64,000 nucleotides of DNA from positions 9,322-73,321 of the forward strand of contig JAHFDK010000008.1 of the NCBI GenBank assembly GCA_023249095.1, in the 5' to 3' direction. Numbering within the stretch: position 1 is the stretch's first letter; each line of letters opens with the position of its first letter. Shown one piece after another: positions 37,772 through 49,946 of this stretch. The notes under the pieces are model-generated. The model made no database searches and had not been told where the DNA came from. It worked only from the letters and a program-made list of their open reading frames with translations. The translations under genes were made by a program, and so were the position numbers. This DNA is from Candidatus Rokuibacteriota bacterium (GTDB taxonomy: Bacteria; Methylomirabilota; Methylomirabilia; Rokubacteriales; CSP1-6).

Positions 37772-38791
37772 ATGGCTGAGGCGAAGAGCGAGCGACGGCA
37801 GGCCCTAGAGCTGGCGATCGCGCAGATCGAGCGGCAGTTCGGCAAGGGCTCGGTCATGCGCCTCGGCGCGAACGGGCCCCTCGAGGAGATCGCCGTCATT
37901 CCGACCGGCGCCATCACGCTCGACGTGGCGCTCGGCGTCGGCGGCCTGCCGCGGGGACGGGTCACCGAGATCTACGGCCCCGAGTCCTCGGGCAAGACCA
38001 CGCTCGCGTTGCACGTCATCGCGGAAGCCCAGCGCCTGGGTGGCATCGCCGCATTCATCGACGCCGAGCACGCGCTCGACCCGATCTACGCCAAGAAGCT
38101 TGGCGTCAACACCGACGAGCTGCTCATCTCGCAGCCGGACACCGGCGAGCAGGCGCTCGAGATCACCGAGACGCTCGTCCGCTCCAACGCCGTCGACGTG
38201 ATCGTGATCGATTCGGTCGCGGCGCTGGTTCCCCGTGCCGAGCTCGACGGCGACATGGGCGACTCGCTGCCGGGCCTGCAGGCGCGCCTCATGTCCCAGG
38301 CGCTCCGCAAGCTCACCGCCGCCATCTCGCGCTCAGGCGCGGTCGTGATCTTCATCAACCAGATGCGCGAGAAGATCGGGGTAATGTTCGGCTCGCCTGA
38401 AACGACCTCGGGCGGGCGCGCCCTGAAGTTCTATGCCTCCATGCGGCTCGACATCCGGCGGCAGGACGCGATCAAGCAGGGGACCGAGTCGCTCGGAGTG
38501 AGGACCAAGGTCAAGGTGGTCAAGAACAAGCTCGCGCCGCCCTTCCGGGAGGCGGAGTTCGACGTCATTTACGGCGAAGGCATTTCGAAGGCGGGCAGCG
38601 TGCTGGACGCTGGCGTCGACCACGGCCTCATCGAGAAGTCCGGGACCTGGTACACGTACAAGAGCGAGCGGATCGGACAGGGACGTGAGAACGCCAAGAA
38701 GTGGTTCCAGGAAAATGCGGCGACGCTCGCCGACCTCGAAGCGAAACTCCGTGACGCTCTTGGGCTTCGCCAGGCCGTGCCGATCAAATAG
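37772..38791 (+). CDS. recA: Recombinase RecA
   Basis: Canonical RecA ([12 protein letters not shown] Walker [18 protein letters not shown]); AAGGAGAG RBS. Confidence 0.95.
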   Translation: MAEAKSERRQALELAIAQIERQFGKGSVMRLGANGPLEEIAVIPTGAITLDVALGVGGLPRGRVTEIYGPESSGKTTLALHVIAEAQRLGGIAAFIDAEHALDPIYAKKLGVNTDELLISQPDTGEQALEITETLVRSNAVDVIVIDSVAALVPRAELDGDMGDSLPGLQARLMSQALRKLTAAISRSGAVVIFINQMREKIGVMFGSPETTSGGRALKFYASMRLDIRRQDAIKQGTESLGVRTKVKVVKNKLAPPFREAEFDVIYGEGISKAGSVLDAGVDHGLIEKSGTWYTYKSERIGQGRENAKKWFQENAATLADLEAKLRDALGLRQAVPIK

Positions 38792-38800
38792 GAGTCGCTC

Positions 38801-39961
38801 ATGGCGATGGAATTCGACAAGCTCCTGGTCACCGGCGTCGAGCGCGGCGCCTCGGACCTCCACCTGAAGGCGAACTCGCCGGTGGTCCTCCGGATCCACG
38901 GGCGCCTGGCGCCCCAGGGGGATCTCGGCGTGCTCACCGCCGACGACATGGACGCGATCGCGCGCCGGTGTCTCACCGAGCGGATGTACACCCAGCTCAA
39001 GGAAGGACGCGAGGTCGACTCGGCGTACTCGGTGCCGAACTACGGCCGGTTCCGCGTCAACATGTTCCTGGCGCTCGGCGCCGTGCGGGCCGTGCTGCGC
39101 TCGATCCCGTCGAAGAAGCCGAAGTTCGAGGAGCTCGGGCTGCCGGAGGTGCTCGAGCAGCTCTCCATGGAACGCCGCGGCCTGGTGCTGGTCACCGGCA
39201 TCACGGGTTCGGGCAAGTCGACGACGCTCGCGTCGATGATCGACTACATCAACCGCACGCGGAACGATCACATCATCACGATCGAGGATCCGATCGAGTT
39301 CACCCACGATGACATCGGCTGCGTGGTCAGCCAGCGCGAGATCGGCCACGACTCGTCGAGCTTCGCCACCGCGTTGCGCGCGGCACTTCGCGAGGACCCG
39401 GACGTGATCCTCGTGGGCGAGATGCGCGACCCGGAGACCATGTCGGTCGCGCTCCACGCCGCGGAGACGGGCCACCTGGTCTTCTCGACGCTCCACACGC
39501 TCAACTCCAGCGAGACCGTCAACCGGATCATCGGCACCTTCCCGCCCCATCAGGAGCAACAGATCCGTGACCAGCTGGCGGCCGTCATGGTCGGCATCGT
39601 GTCCCAGCGGCTCATCCCGAAGATCGGAGGGGAGGGGCGCATTCCGGCCGTAGAGGTGCTTGTCGGCACCGGCGCCATCAGGGACTGCATCCGGGAGCCC
39701 AAGCGGACGCCGGAGATCCCCGCGTTCATCGCCCAGGGGCAATCGCAGTACGGCATGCAGACCTTCGACCAGTGTCTGCTGAAGCTCTATCGAGAGGGCA
39801 CCATTTCGTACGAGACCGCCCGGGAAGCGGCGACCAACGCCGACGACTTCGACCTCAAAGTCCGGGGCATCTTCTCGACGGGCGAGCAGTCGTTCGAGCA
39901 GAAGCGGGAGGAGCGGGCGCCCGTCTCCCCCGCCGGCAGCTCCTTCTTCAAGAAATCGTAA
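38801..39961 (+). CDS. pilT: Type IV pilus twitching-motility ATPase PilT
   Basis: GSGKSTTLASMIDYIN Walker A, Asp box, Walker B (ILVGEMRD) and His box (GHLVFSTLHT). Confidence 0.9.
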   Translation: MAMEFDKLLVTGVERGASDLHLKANSPVVLRIHGRLAPQGDLGVLTADDMDAIARRCLTERMYTQLKEGREVDSAYSVPNYGRFRVNMFLALGAVRAVLRSIPSKKPKFEELGLPEVLEQLSMERRGLVLVTGITGSGKSTTLASMIDYINRTRNDHIITIEDPIEFTHDDIGCVVSQREIGHDSSSFATALRAALREDPDVILVGEMRDPETMSVALHAAETGHLVFSTLHTLNSSETVNRIIGTFPPHQEQQIRDQLAAVMVGIVSQRLIPKIGGEGRIPAVEVLVGTGAIRDCIREPKRTPEIPAFIAQGQSQYGMQTFDQCLLKLYREGTISYETAREAATNADDFDLKVRGIFSTGEQSFEQKREERAPVSPAGSSFFKKS

Positions 39962-39963
39962 CG

Positions 39964-40452
39964 GGTCCGCGCGGTCCGCGGCGAGCTCTCGACGCGCGCA
40001 CCGCGCGGCTCGCCGCCGCCGATCTCCTGTCGCGACGCGCCTGGACCACGCGCGAGCTGGCGGTGCGCTTGCGCCGGCGCGGTGCGCCGGCGCCGGTCGC
40101 CGCCGAGGTCCTCGCCGATCTCACCGCGCGTGGCTACCTCGACGACGCTGCCTTCGCCCGCCACTGGGTCGCTACTCGCTCGGCACGCGGCTACGGCCCC
40201 GCGCGCCTGCGCGCGGAGCTGCGGGCGCGTGGAGTCGCCGGGTCCCTGGTCGACGCGGCGCTCGCCGCCCAGGGCGACGACGAGCTCGAGCGGGCGCGCG
40301 CCGTCGCCCGCCGCCGCCTGCCGGCGCTCCAGCGTGCGGATCGCACCCGGGCCGCCGCGCGGCTGCGCGACCATCTCGTGCGTCGCGGTTACTCTGCGGC
40401 GGTGGTGTCGCGCGTCGTCCGCGAGAGCGTCGGCCTCCGGCTCGAGGACTGA
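39964..40452 (+). CDS. recX: Recombination regulator RecX
   Basis: Three RecX helical repeats (AADLLSRRAWTTRELAVRLRRRG..., ARHWVATRSARGYGPARLRAELRARG..., ARLRDHLVRRGYSAAVVSRV). The frame is open from the pilT stop with no canonical start, so the start is unresolved. Confidence 0.7.
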   Translation, partial: GPRGPRRALDARTARLAAADLLSRRAWTTRELAVRLRRRGAPAPVAAEVLADLTARGYLDDAAFARHWVATRSARGYGPARLRAELRARGVAGSLVDAALAAQGDDELERARAVARRRLPALQRADRTRAAARLRDHLVRRGYSAAVVSRVVRESVGLRLED

Positions 40453-40548
40453 GTCGCGAGTGATACAATGAGCCTTCCATAGTGCGCGCCGCAGGTCGCG
40501 GGGCTGAGCTGATCCGAAACACCCCGCCGGCGGAGCGATTATGAACGT

Positions 40549-43227
<2,679 letters not shown>

Positions 43228-43260
43228 GGGCCAGGAGCATGGCCTGGGTTAAAATACTGG

Positions 43261-43941
43261 GTGATGGCCCTTGGGCGGATCCTGGTCGTTGATGACGAAG
43301 CCCCCGTGCGCGAGGTCCTGACCGAGTACTTCGCCACCGAGGGCTATGACGTCGAGGTAGCGGGGAGCGGTATCGAGGCGCTCACCGCGATTCGCGACGG
43401 GCGCGCCGACCTCGTTCTGCTGGACGTGCGCATGCCCGGGCTTGACGGCGTACAAGTTCTCCGCCGGATCCGCGAGCTGACCGAGAGTGTTCCCGTCATC
43501 ATGGTGACCGCAAACGAAGACGCCGGCCTCGCAAAGGAGACGCTCAAGCTCGGCGCCTTCGATTACGTCGCCAAGCCCTTCGACTTCGACTATCTCGATC
43601 GCGCCGTGGCCGCGGCCCTCGCGCGCGTGGCCGAGAAGGCTGCCGCCGGCCCCGTTCCGGACGACGACCCGTGGAAGCGTCTCGCCCACACGGTGTTCCG
43701 CGCCGTGCGCGCCATGGGGCAGACGGCGCGGACATCCACCGGCGAGCGGCTGGAGACCGCGGCCCTCGCCGCAGCGCGCGGCGCGGCGGCCGGCAGAGGC
43801 GCAGTCGCCGGTGAGGACCTTGCTGAGATCGCGATGCTTCTCGACCTCGCCGCCGAGTTCGGTGATCTCCCGGCCGCAGACCGGGCGCTCGTGGAGTCCG
43901 CGATTGAAGCGGCGCGCCGGTCGCTCCCCGTCCCGCGCTGA
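43261..43941 (+). CDS. Response regulator with CheY-like receiver domain and an Ala-rich C-terminal region of unknown function
   Basis: Receiver domain (ILVVDDE...DLVLLDVRMPGLDG...KPFD) followed by about 100 aa of Ala/Arg-rich sequence with no recognisable DNA-binding domain. Confidence 0.75.
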   Translation: MMALGRILVVDDEAPVREVLTEYFATEGYDVEVAGSGIEALTAIRDGRADLVLLDVRMPGLDGVQVLRRIRELTESVPVIMVTANEDAGLAKETLKLGAFDYVAKPFDFDYLDRAVAAALARVAEKAAAGPVPDDDPWKRLAHTVFRAVRAMGQTARTSTGERLETAALAAARGAAAGRGAVAGEDLAEIAMLLDLAAEFGDLPAADRALVESAIEAARRSLPVPR

Positions 43942-45232
43942 CCGGCGGCGCCGGGCGCCCGACCGGTCAGACGTCGAGCCGCACCTCAAGATCCTCCACA
44001 CCGTCGCGGAGGCCGTCAGCCGCACGCTCGACGTCGAGGAAGTCCTGCGCACCGCGGTCGACGCGCTCACGGGCGTCACCGGTCACGAGATTTCGAGCCT
44101 CCATCTCCTCTCCGAGGACGGCAAGACGCTCGAGCTCCGGGGCGAGCGCGGAATGTCCGCGCGCCTGCGCGAGGTGAACCGGACGCTGCCCGTCGGCGAA
44201 GGGCTCATCGGCCACGTGGCCGTCACGGGCAAGACAGTCCGGATCGACAAGAACTACGATGACCCGAATGTCCTGCCGAGCGCCAGGGCCGCGGTCCGGC
44301 GCGAGCAGATCCAGGGGTTCGTCTGCGTGCCGATCCATAGCCGGGGGCGGATCCTCGGCACTCTCTCGCTCGGCCGCAAGACCCTCGACCAGTTCCACCG
44401 GCAGGAGCTCGCCCTCCTCGCGGCGGCCGCCGATCAGATCGGCGTCGCCCTACACAATGCGCAGCTCTACTCGGAGCTGCTGCGCGAGCGCGACGAGCTC
44501 AAGCGCGCCCACGCGCAGCGCATCCGCGCCGAGACACAGCTCGTCCACGCCGAGAAGCTCTCGGCCGTCGGCGAGCTCGCTTCGGGAGTCGCGCACGAGA
44601 TCAACAACCCGCTGACGACGATCCTCGGCCAGACGCACCTCCTGCTGACGCACCCGGAAACGACCTCGCACGTGCGCGACCGCCTCGGGATCGTCGCCGA
44701 GGAGGCGGGCCGCGCGGCGCGCATCGTCCAGAACTTGTTGCTGTTCGCCCGTCACTACACGCCCGAACGGCGCCCGTGCTCGGTCGCCGACCAGGCGCGG
44801 CGGGTGCTCGAGCTGAAGGGCTATCAGCTCCAGCAGGACAACATCCGCGTGGTCACCGACTTCGCCGCGTGCCCGTTCGTGTGGGCCGACGAGAACCAGC
44901 TCCAGCAGGTGCTGCTCAACCTCGTCCAGAATGCGCATCAGGCGATGGCCAAGCACCCGGCGAATCGGGTGCTGACGGTGCGGGTCTGGCCGTCGGATCG
45001 CCACGCCCACGTCGAGGTGCGCGACACGGGCCCGGGGATCCCGCCCGAGGCGCTGCCGAAGGTCTTCGACCCCTTCTTCACCACGAAGCCACCCGGCGAG
45101 GGAAGCGGCCTGGGGCTCTCCGTCTCCTACGGCATTGTCACCGAGCTGGGAGGCGCGCTCCGGGCCGAGAACTGCGCCGAGGGCGGCGCCTCGTTCATCG
45201 TCGAGCTGCCGCTCGGGGAGCCCGCCGCCTGA
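43904..45232 (+). CDS. Cytoplasmic GAF-domain sensor histidine kinase
   Basis: GAF domain, HisKA H-box (GVAHEINNPL) and HATPase_c (RDTGPGIP...GSGLGLSVSYGIV). No TM segment. Start is uncertain: TTG 43904 or GTG 43862/43811 overlap the regulator's 3' end. Confidence 0.75.
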   Translation: MKRRAGRSPSRADRRRRAPDRSDVEPHLKILHTVAEAVSRTLDVEEVLRTAVDALTGVTGHEISSLHLLSEDGKTLELRGERGMSARLREVNRTLPVGEGLIGHVAVTGKTVRIDKNYDDPNVLPSARAAVRREQIQGFVCVPIHSRGRILGTLSLGRKTLDQFHRQELALLAAAADQIGVALHNAQLYSELLRERDELKRAHAQRIRAETQLVHAEKLSAVGELASGVAHEINNPLTTILGQTHLLLTHPETTSHVRDRLGIVAEEAGRAARIVQNLLLFARHYTPERRPCSVADQARRVLELKGYQLQQDNIRVVTDFAACPFVWADENQLQQVLLNLVQNAHQAMAKHPANRVLTVRVWPSDRHAHVEVRDTGPGIPPEALPKVFDPFFTTKPPGEGSGLGLSVSYGIVTELGGALRAENCAEGGASFIVELPLGEPAA

Positions 45233-45249
45233 CGTCCTGGCGGGCTGTC

Positions 45250-46266
45250 GTGCTCCTGCTGGCCCTCCTGGCGACCGGCTGCGCCGGCGTCGGAGCTCCC
45301 GTGGCTGGTGCCCCGGCCCATCACCGCGAGCGCGGGTACGCGAACCTGAATCCGTCGCATGTGACCGCCGGCGCCTGGACACGTTTCACGTTCTTCGTCT
45401 CACGCATCTGGGCCAGCACCTTCACGCCGCGGACCGCGAACTTTCCCCAGGTGGCGAGCGACCTCGGGACGATCCATGACAGTCGCGGCGCCGTGACCGT
45501 GACCTGGGTCGGTCATGCGACCCTGTTGATCCAGCTGGACGGCGTCAACATTCTCACCGACCCTCACTGGTCGGCCCGAGCGAGCCTGGTGTCGTTCGCG
45601 GGACCGCGGCGAGTGTCGGCCCCCGGTCTCAAGTTCGAAGATCTACCGCCGATCCACGCGGTCGTGATCTCGCATGACCACTACGATCACCTGGACGAGG
45701 CGACGGTCAGACGGCTCGCCGCGGAGCACCGGCCCCGGTTCTTCGTCCCGCTCGGGCTCAAACAGTGGTTCGCAGACGTCGGCATCACCGATGTCGACGA
45801 GCTCGACTGGTGGGGCAAGCGCGAATTGCGTGGGCTGACGTTCACCTGTGTCCCGGCCCAGCACTTCTCGGGGCGCACTCTCTGGGATCGGAACCGCCGC
45901 CTCTGGAGCGGCTGGGTCGTCGCCGGCCGAGCCAAGCGTCTCTACTTCGCAGGGGACACGGCCTACTTCGACGGGTTCAAGGAGATCGGAGCCCGGCTCG
46001 GCCCGTTCGACCTCGCAGCGGTGCCGATCGGCGCCTACGTGCCCGCGGTCATCATGAAGGCCAGCCACACGACGCCGGAGGAGGCGCTCCGGGCCTTGGC
46101 CGACGTCCGTGGGCAGCGATTGGTTCCGATCCACTGGGGCACGTTCGATCTCGCCGAGGAACCGCTCGACGAGCCTCCGCAGCGGCTCGTCGCCGAAGCT
46201 CGCCGTTTGCGCCTCGACCTCGATCGGATCTGGGTTCTCAAGCACGGCGAAACACGTCGCTGGTGA
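45250..46266 (+). CDS. MBL-fold metallo-hydrolase lipoprotein
   Basis: Lipobox (LLALLATGC) then a beta-lactamase-fold Zn hydrolase (HDHYDHLD, ...HWGTFDL). Start is GTG 45250 or CTG 45229. Confidence 0.65.
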   Translation: MLLLALLATGCAGVGAPVAGAPAHHRERGYANLNPSHVTAGAWTRFTFFVSRIWASTFTPRTANFPQVASDLGTIHDSRGAVTVTWVGHATLLIQLDGVNILTDPHWSARASLVSFAGPRRVSAPGLKFEDLPPIHAVVISHDHYDHLDEATVRRLAAEHRPRFFVPLGLKQWFADVGITDVDELDWWGKRELRGLTFTCVPAQHFSGRTLWDRNRRLWSGWVVAGRAKRLYFAGDTAYFDGFKEIGARLGPFDLAAVPIGAYVPAVIMKASHTTPEEALRALADVRGQRLVPIHWGTFDLAEEPLDEPPQRLVAEARRLRLDLDRIWVLKHGETRRW

Positions 46267-46267
46267 C

Positions 46268-46414
46268 GGGATGGGGTCGGCGAGGGCGGGCGGGGTCCCT
46301 GGCTCGACCCGACTGCTGCGATGCGCTGCGACGAAATTCTTCAGCCTGAGGCGATGCAGCGCTGACTACACGGGTCGAGCCAGGGACCCCGCCCGGCCCT
46401 CGCCGACCCCATCC
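46268..46414. repeat. Foldback element copy B: 43-bp inverted arms (46268-46311 / 46371-46414, one 1-nt indel) around a 59-nt core
   Basis: Arms gggatggggtcggcgagggcgggcggggtccctggctcgacccg and its reverse complement. Core begins ACTGCTGCGAT and ends CGCTGACTACA, matching copy C. Confidence 0.85.
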
Positions 46415-46489
46415 TGTTTACCGCCTGGGTCCCTGATATGGGCCTGGCTGAGCGCAACCCGACCCGGCTGACGAGGCGCGTCTCTAGCG

Positions 46490-47671
46490 TCACAGAGCTT
46501 CGAGGAGGAGGCCTTTCAGATAGCGGGTCTCCGGGACTGTCAGGAGGACGGGGTGGTCGCTGGATTGCGTGAGCCGATCGACGACGCGAAGCCGGACTCC
46601 GGCGTCGGCGGCGGCGTCCCGGCAGATCTCCTCGAAGAGCGCCTCGGACACGTGGTGCGAGCACGAGAAGGTCATTAGGCTTCCGCCGCGCTCGAGCAGG
46701 CGCAGGGCGCGTAGATTGATCTCCTTGTAGCCGCGCGCGGCGGCGTCGAGCGCCGATCGGCTACGAGCGAACGGCGGCGGATCGAGGACGATCACGCCGA
46801 AGCGCGCCCCGGTGCGCTCGAGCCCCCGAAGCTCGTCGAAGGCATTCGCCGCGCGGATCTCCGCCTGGGCCGTGAAGCCGTTCAGCGCGAGGTTCTGGCG
46901 GGCACCGGCGATCGCCTCCGGCGAGGACTCGATGCAGACGGCCCGCCGGGCGCCGCCATGGAGCGCGTGGCAGGCGAAGCCGGCGGTGTAGCTGAAGGCG
47001 TCGAGGACGTCGCGGCCCCTGGCCAGAACGCCGGTACGAGCGCGGTTCTCGCGCTGGTCGAGGTAGGAACCGGTCTTGTGACCGACGCCGATCGTCACCT
47101 CGAAGGCGACGCCGCCTTCGTTCACCCTGACGCTCCGGGGCCCGGAGCCCCGGGCCCACCCGAGGGCCGCCGAGAACCCTTCGAGCCGAGCGGAAGCCTC
47201 CTCGTCCATGTCGAAGGCGAGCGTGCCACTGAACATGTCGGTCAGCGCGGTGGTGATCGTCCGACGGGCGCGCACCATCCCCAGGGTGAGACACTGAATC
47301 ACGAGGACAGGCCCGTAACGGTCCACCACCAGCCCCGGCAGCCCGTCGGCCTCGCTCCAGACGAGGCGGCAGAGCGCCGAAGGCCCCTGCGCCCGATCGC
47401 GCGAGCGCAGGGCGACGGCGCTCTCGAGCCGGCGCCGGAAGAAGGCGACGTCGAGCGGCTCGTCGGTCCAGGTGAAGATGCGGCAGCAGAGGGCGGGGCG
47501 CGGGTTATAGAGGCCGCGCCCGACGAAGTGGCCGGCCGAGTCGATGACCGTGACCGCGGAGCCGGGCTCGACCTCGCTGACGTCGGCGACGTCACCCTTG
47601 AAGATCCAGGGGTGGGTCCGCGCCGTCTCGCGTCCGCGCTTGAGCCGTAGCGCCGCCTGGGCGCGTTTCAC
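46490..47671 (-). CDS. rlmI: Class I SAM-dependent rRNA methyltransferase (RlmI/RlmK-like, PUA + MTase)
   Basis: RETARTHPWIFKGDV N-terminus, PUA-like domain and MTase motifs (DAFSYTAGFACHA, VIVLDPPPFARS). GTG start overlaps the GNAT stop (GTGA). Confidence 0.75.
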   Translation of the reverse strand: MKRAQAALRLKRGRETARTHPWIFKGDVADVSEVEPGSAVTVIDSAGHFVGRGLYNPRPALCCRIFTWTDEPLDVAFFRRRLESAVALRSRDRAQGPSALCRLVWSEADGLPGLVVDRYGPVLVIQCLTLGMVRARRTITTALTDMFSGTLAFDMDEEASARLEGFSAALGWARGSGPRSVRVNEGGVAFEVTIGVGHKTGSYLDQRENRARTGVLARGRDVLDAFSYTAGFACHALHGGARRAVCIESSPEAIAGARQNLALNGFTAQAEIRAANAFDELRGLERTGARFGVIVLDPPPFARSRSALDAAARGYKEINLRALRLLERGGSLMTFSCSHHVSEALFEEICRDAAADAGVRLRVVDRLTQSSDHPVLLTVPETRYLKGLLLEAL

Positions 47672-48207
47672 CGACGGAGATTCTCCACCGTGATCGCCCA
47701 CCGCTCGTGGTCCCGCCATCGCCCGAAGACCTTCAGGTAGCGCGGAGAGAGCCCTTCGCGCCGGAAGCCGGCTCGCCGGACGAGACGGATCGACGCGCGG
47801 TTGCCCGGCTGGATGTTCGCCTCGAGGCGGTGCAGGCCGAGCTCCGAGAAGGCGTGACGAAGCACGAGCCGGAGCCCTTCGCTCATGTATCCCTTGCCCA
47901 TGAAGGACGCGCCCGCGTAGAAGCCCAGGTACGCGCTCTGAAACGCGCCGTGGAAGATCTGGCTCACATTGATCACGCCGGCGATGACCCTGTCCTCGCG
48001 CCGGCAGACGAAGAATCCACGCTCGGTCGGGCGCCGGGTCCGTTTGAGGTAGGCGGCGAAGGCCGCGCGGCCGGCCGGTGGCTCGACCCACGGCCGAAGA
48101 GAGCGGCGGCTCGAGCGCATGAGCGCCAGGAACTCGTCGCGGTCGCGGGCTGTGGGCACGCGGATGAAGACGCGGCAGCCGACTTCGACCGCGCCCGGCC
48201 GCTTCAC
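47668..48207 (-). CDS. GNAT-family N-acetyltransferase (RimJ/RimL-like)
   Basis: Acetyl-CoA-binding motifs (GYMSEGLRLVLRHAFSELGLHRLEANIQPGNRASIRLVRRAGF). Confidence 0.75.
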   Translation of the reverse strand: MKRPGAVEVGCRVFIRVPTARDRDEFLALMRSSRRSLRPWVEPPAGRAAFAAYLKRTRRPTERGFFVCRREDRVIAGVINVSQIFHGAFQSAYLGFYAGASFMGKGYMSEGLRLVLRHAFSELGLHRLEANIQPGNRASIRLVRRAGFRREGLSPRYLKVFGRWRDHERWAITVENLRR

Positions 48208-48214
48208 GGCCGCG

Positions 48215-49021
48215 CTACTTCTTGCGCAGGACGACGACCATGATGATGGGGTGCCGGGAGCGCTCGAGCACCTGCTGGGGCTTGAAGCCGAAGAACCACT
48301 GGACGAACTCGAAGCCGCCGGCCAGCTGGACCAGGGCCTTGAGCTCCTGCGGGAAGACCATGCGCGACAGGTGCGTCTGGCGGTAGAGCCGGCGGGTGCC
48401 GTTCTCGACGGCTTCGAGAGTCATACGCTCGCGAAAGACCTGGCTCACCGGGTCGACGTCGTTCAGGGCCGAGAACGAGGCGCGTACGATCAGCCGCCCC
48501 CGGCGCTTGAACCACGTCCAGCTCCGCGCCGGGTTCGTCCACGAGGACGCCATGTAGCGGTCGAAGATATAGAGCCCTCCCCGTCTGAGGGACCGGGCCA
48601 CGGCCCTCAGGTGGGCCAGGAGCTGATCGTTCGTCAGGAGGTGCCCCTGCGAGTCCTGCATGCAGATCGCCGCGTCGACGGGGCGTGTCAGGCGGAAGCT
48701 CGTCATGTCGCCGACGACCAACTCGCCCTGGTGGCCTTTGGCCGCGAGCCGCTCACCCAGGAACTCGATGTTCCGGGTCGACAGGTCGAGCCCCGACATC
48801 TTGTAGCCGCGATCAGCGAGGCGCATCAGGTGGGGCCCGGTGCCGCAGGCGATGTCGACGACCCGGCGGACGGGACGTCGCGAAAATCGCCTGAAGCAGT
48901 GGACGAGGAAGTCGACCTCGCCCTTGCGGTTGAGGTCGAAGGCGATCTCGTAGAAGCGCGGCGCGCTGTACTCCCGGATGCGGCTTTTCTCGCGAAGCCT
49001 CAGCGGAGCTCTCCCCACCAC
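48215..49021 (-). CDS. Class I SAM-dependent methyltransferase
   Basis: Motif I VVDIACGTGPHLMRLADRGYKMSGLDLS. Only the last 268 codons of the long ORF 48215..49591 look genuine. The GTG start at about 49019-49021 would overlap the speB 3' end; the start is uncertain. Confidence 0.55.
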   Translation of the reverse strand: MVGRAPLRLREKSRIREYSAPRFYEIAFDLNRKGEVDFLVHCFRRFSRRPVRRVVDIACGTGPHLMRLADRGYKMSGLDLSTRNIEFLGERLAAKGHQGELVVGDMTSFRLTRPVDAAICMQDSQGHLLTNDQLLAHLRAVARSLRRGGLYIFDRYMASSWTNPARSWTWFKRRGRLIVRASFSALNDVDPVSQVFRERMTLEAVENGTRRLYRQTHLSRMVFPQELKALVQLAGGFEFVQWFFGFKPQQVLERSRHPIIMVVVLRKK

Positions 49022-49875
49022 GCCAGCAGCGCCTCCCGGATCACCCAGGAGGCCGCGATGCCGGTACGGCCGGTGGGATCCCAGGCGTGAGCGACCTCCA
49101 CGAGGTCTCCGCCGATGACCTGGCAGCCTTCCAGCATCCTGACGATCTCGACCAGCTCCGGAACCCGGAGCCCTCCCGGCTCGGGCGACCCTGTTCCCGG
49201 CGCCTCGGCCGGGTCGAGAACGTCGACGTCGATCGTGACGTAGAGCGGATGGCGCTGGAGCTCTGGCAGGAGCCGGCGAACGACGTCCACCGGATGGCCG
49301 GCCAGCATGGGATACATAGGAAAGAAATGCGGCCGTCGCCGGTGGTACTCCTCGCGGGCGCCGGTGCGCATGCCGACCTGGTAGACGCGCTCCGGAGGGA
49401 CGACGTCCATCACACGGGCCATCGCCGAGGCGTAGTTGTAGCGCTCGCCGAGGAACTCTTCGCGCAAGTCCGGATGAGCGTCGAGGTGGAGGATGCGGAG
49501 GTCGGGAAACGCGGGGGCCAGGACCTCGATCACCGGCACGGTCGCCGTGTGGTCGCCGCCGAGCATGAACGGAATCAGCCCCGGCCGCCACCAGGCGGCG
49601 ATCTGCTCGCGCGCGGCGTCTAGCTGCTCCCGCGGGGGCGCGCCGTCGGGCAGCTCGCAGTCCCCGATGTCGGCGATGGCCAGGTCTTCCAGATCACGGG
49701 TGAGCGCCGGCGAATAGGTCTCGATCGATTCGGAGCCGAGCCGCACGTCGAGCGGACCGGCGTCGGCGCCCTTGCGGAGGTTCACACGCCCCTCGAAGGG
49801 GATGCCGTAGACGACGATGCGGGCATCGGCGAAGGCGAGATTGCAGCCGATGAAGCTCGGAGACACCGCGCGCAT
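49000..49875 (-). CDS. speB: Agmatinase (arginase/ureohydrolase family)
   Basis: Mn-binding motifs GGDHTATVPV, DAHPDLRE and TIDVDVLDPAEAPGTG. Confidence 0.8.
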   Translation of the reverse strand: MRAVSPSFIGCNLAFADARIVVYGIPFEGRVNLRKGADAGPLDVRLGSESIETYSPALTRDLEDLAIADIGDCELPDGAPPREQLDAAREQIAAWWRPGLIPFMLGGDHTATVPVIEVLAPAFPDLRILHLDAHPDLREEFLGERYNYASAMARVMDVVPPERVYQVGMRTGAREEYHRRRPHFFPMYPMLAGHPVDVVRRLLPELQRHPLYVTIDVDVLDPAEAPGTGSPEPGGLRVPELVEIVRMLEGCQVIGGDLVEVAHAWDPTGRTGIAASWVIREALLAWWGELR

Positions 49876-49946
49876 GAATTCTCCGTCACTCTAGCGGCTC
49901 GCTGATCGATTGCAAGCGGAAAGTAGCGCGTCCGGGCGCGGGCACC

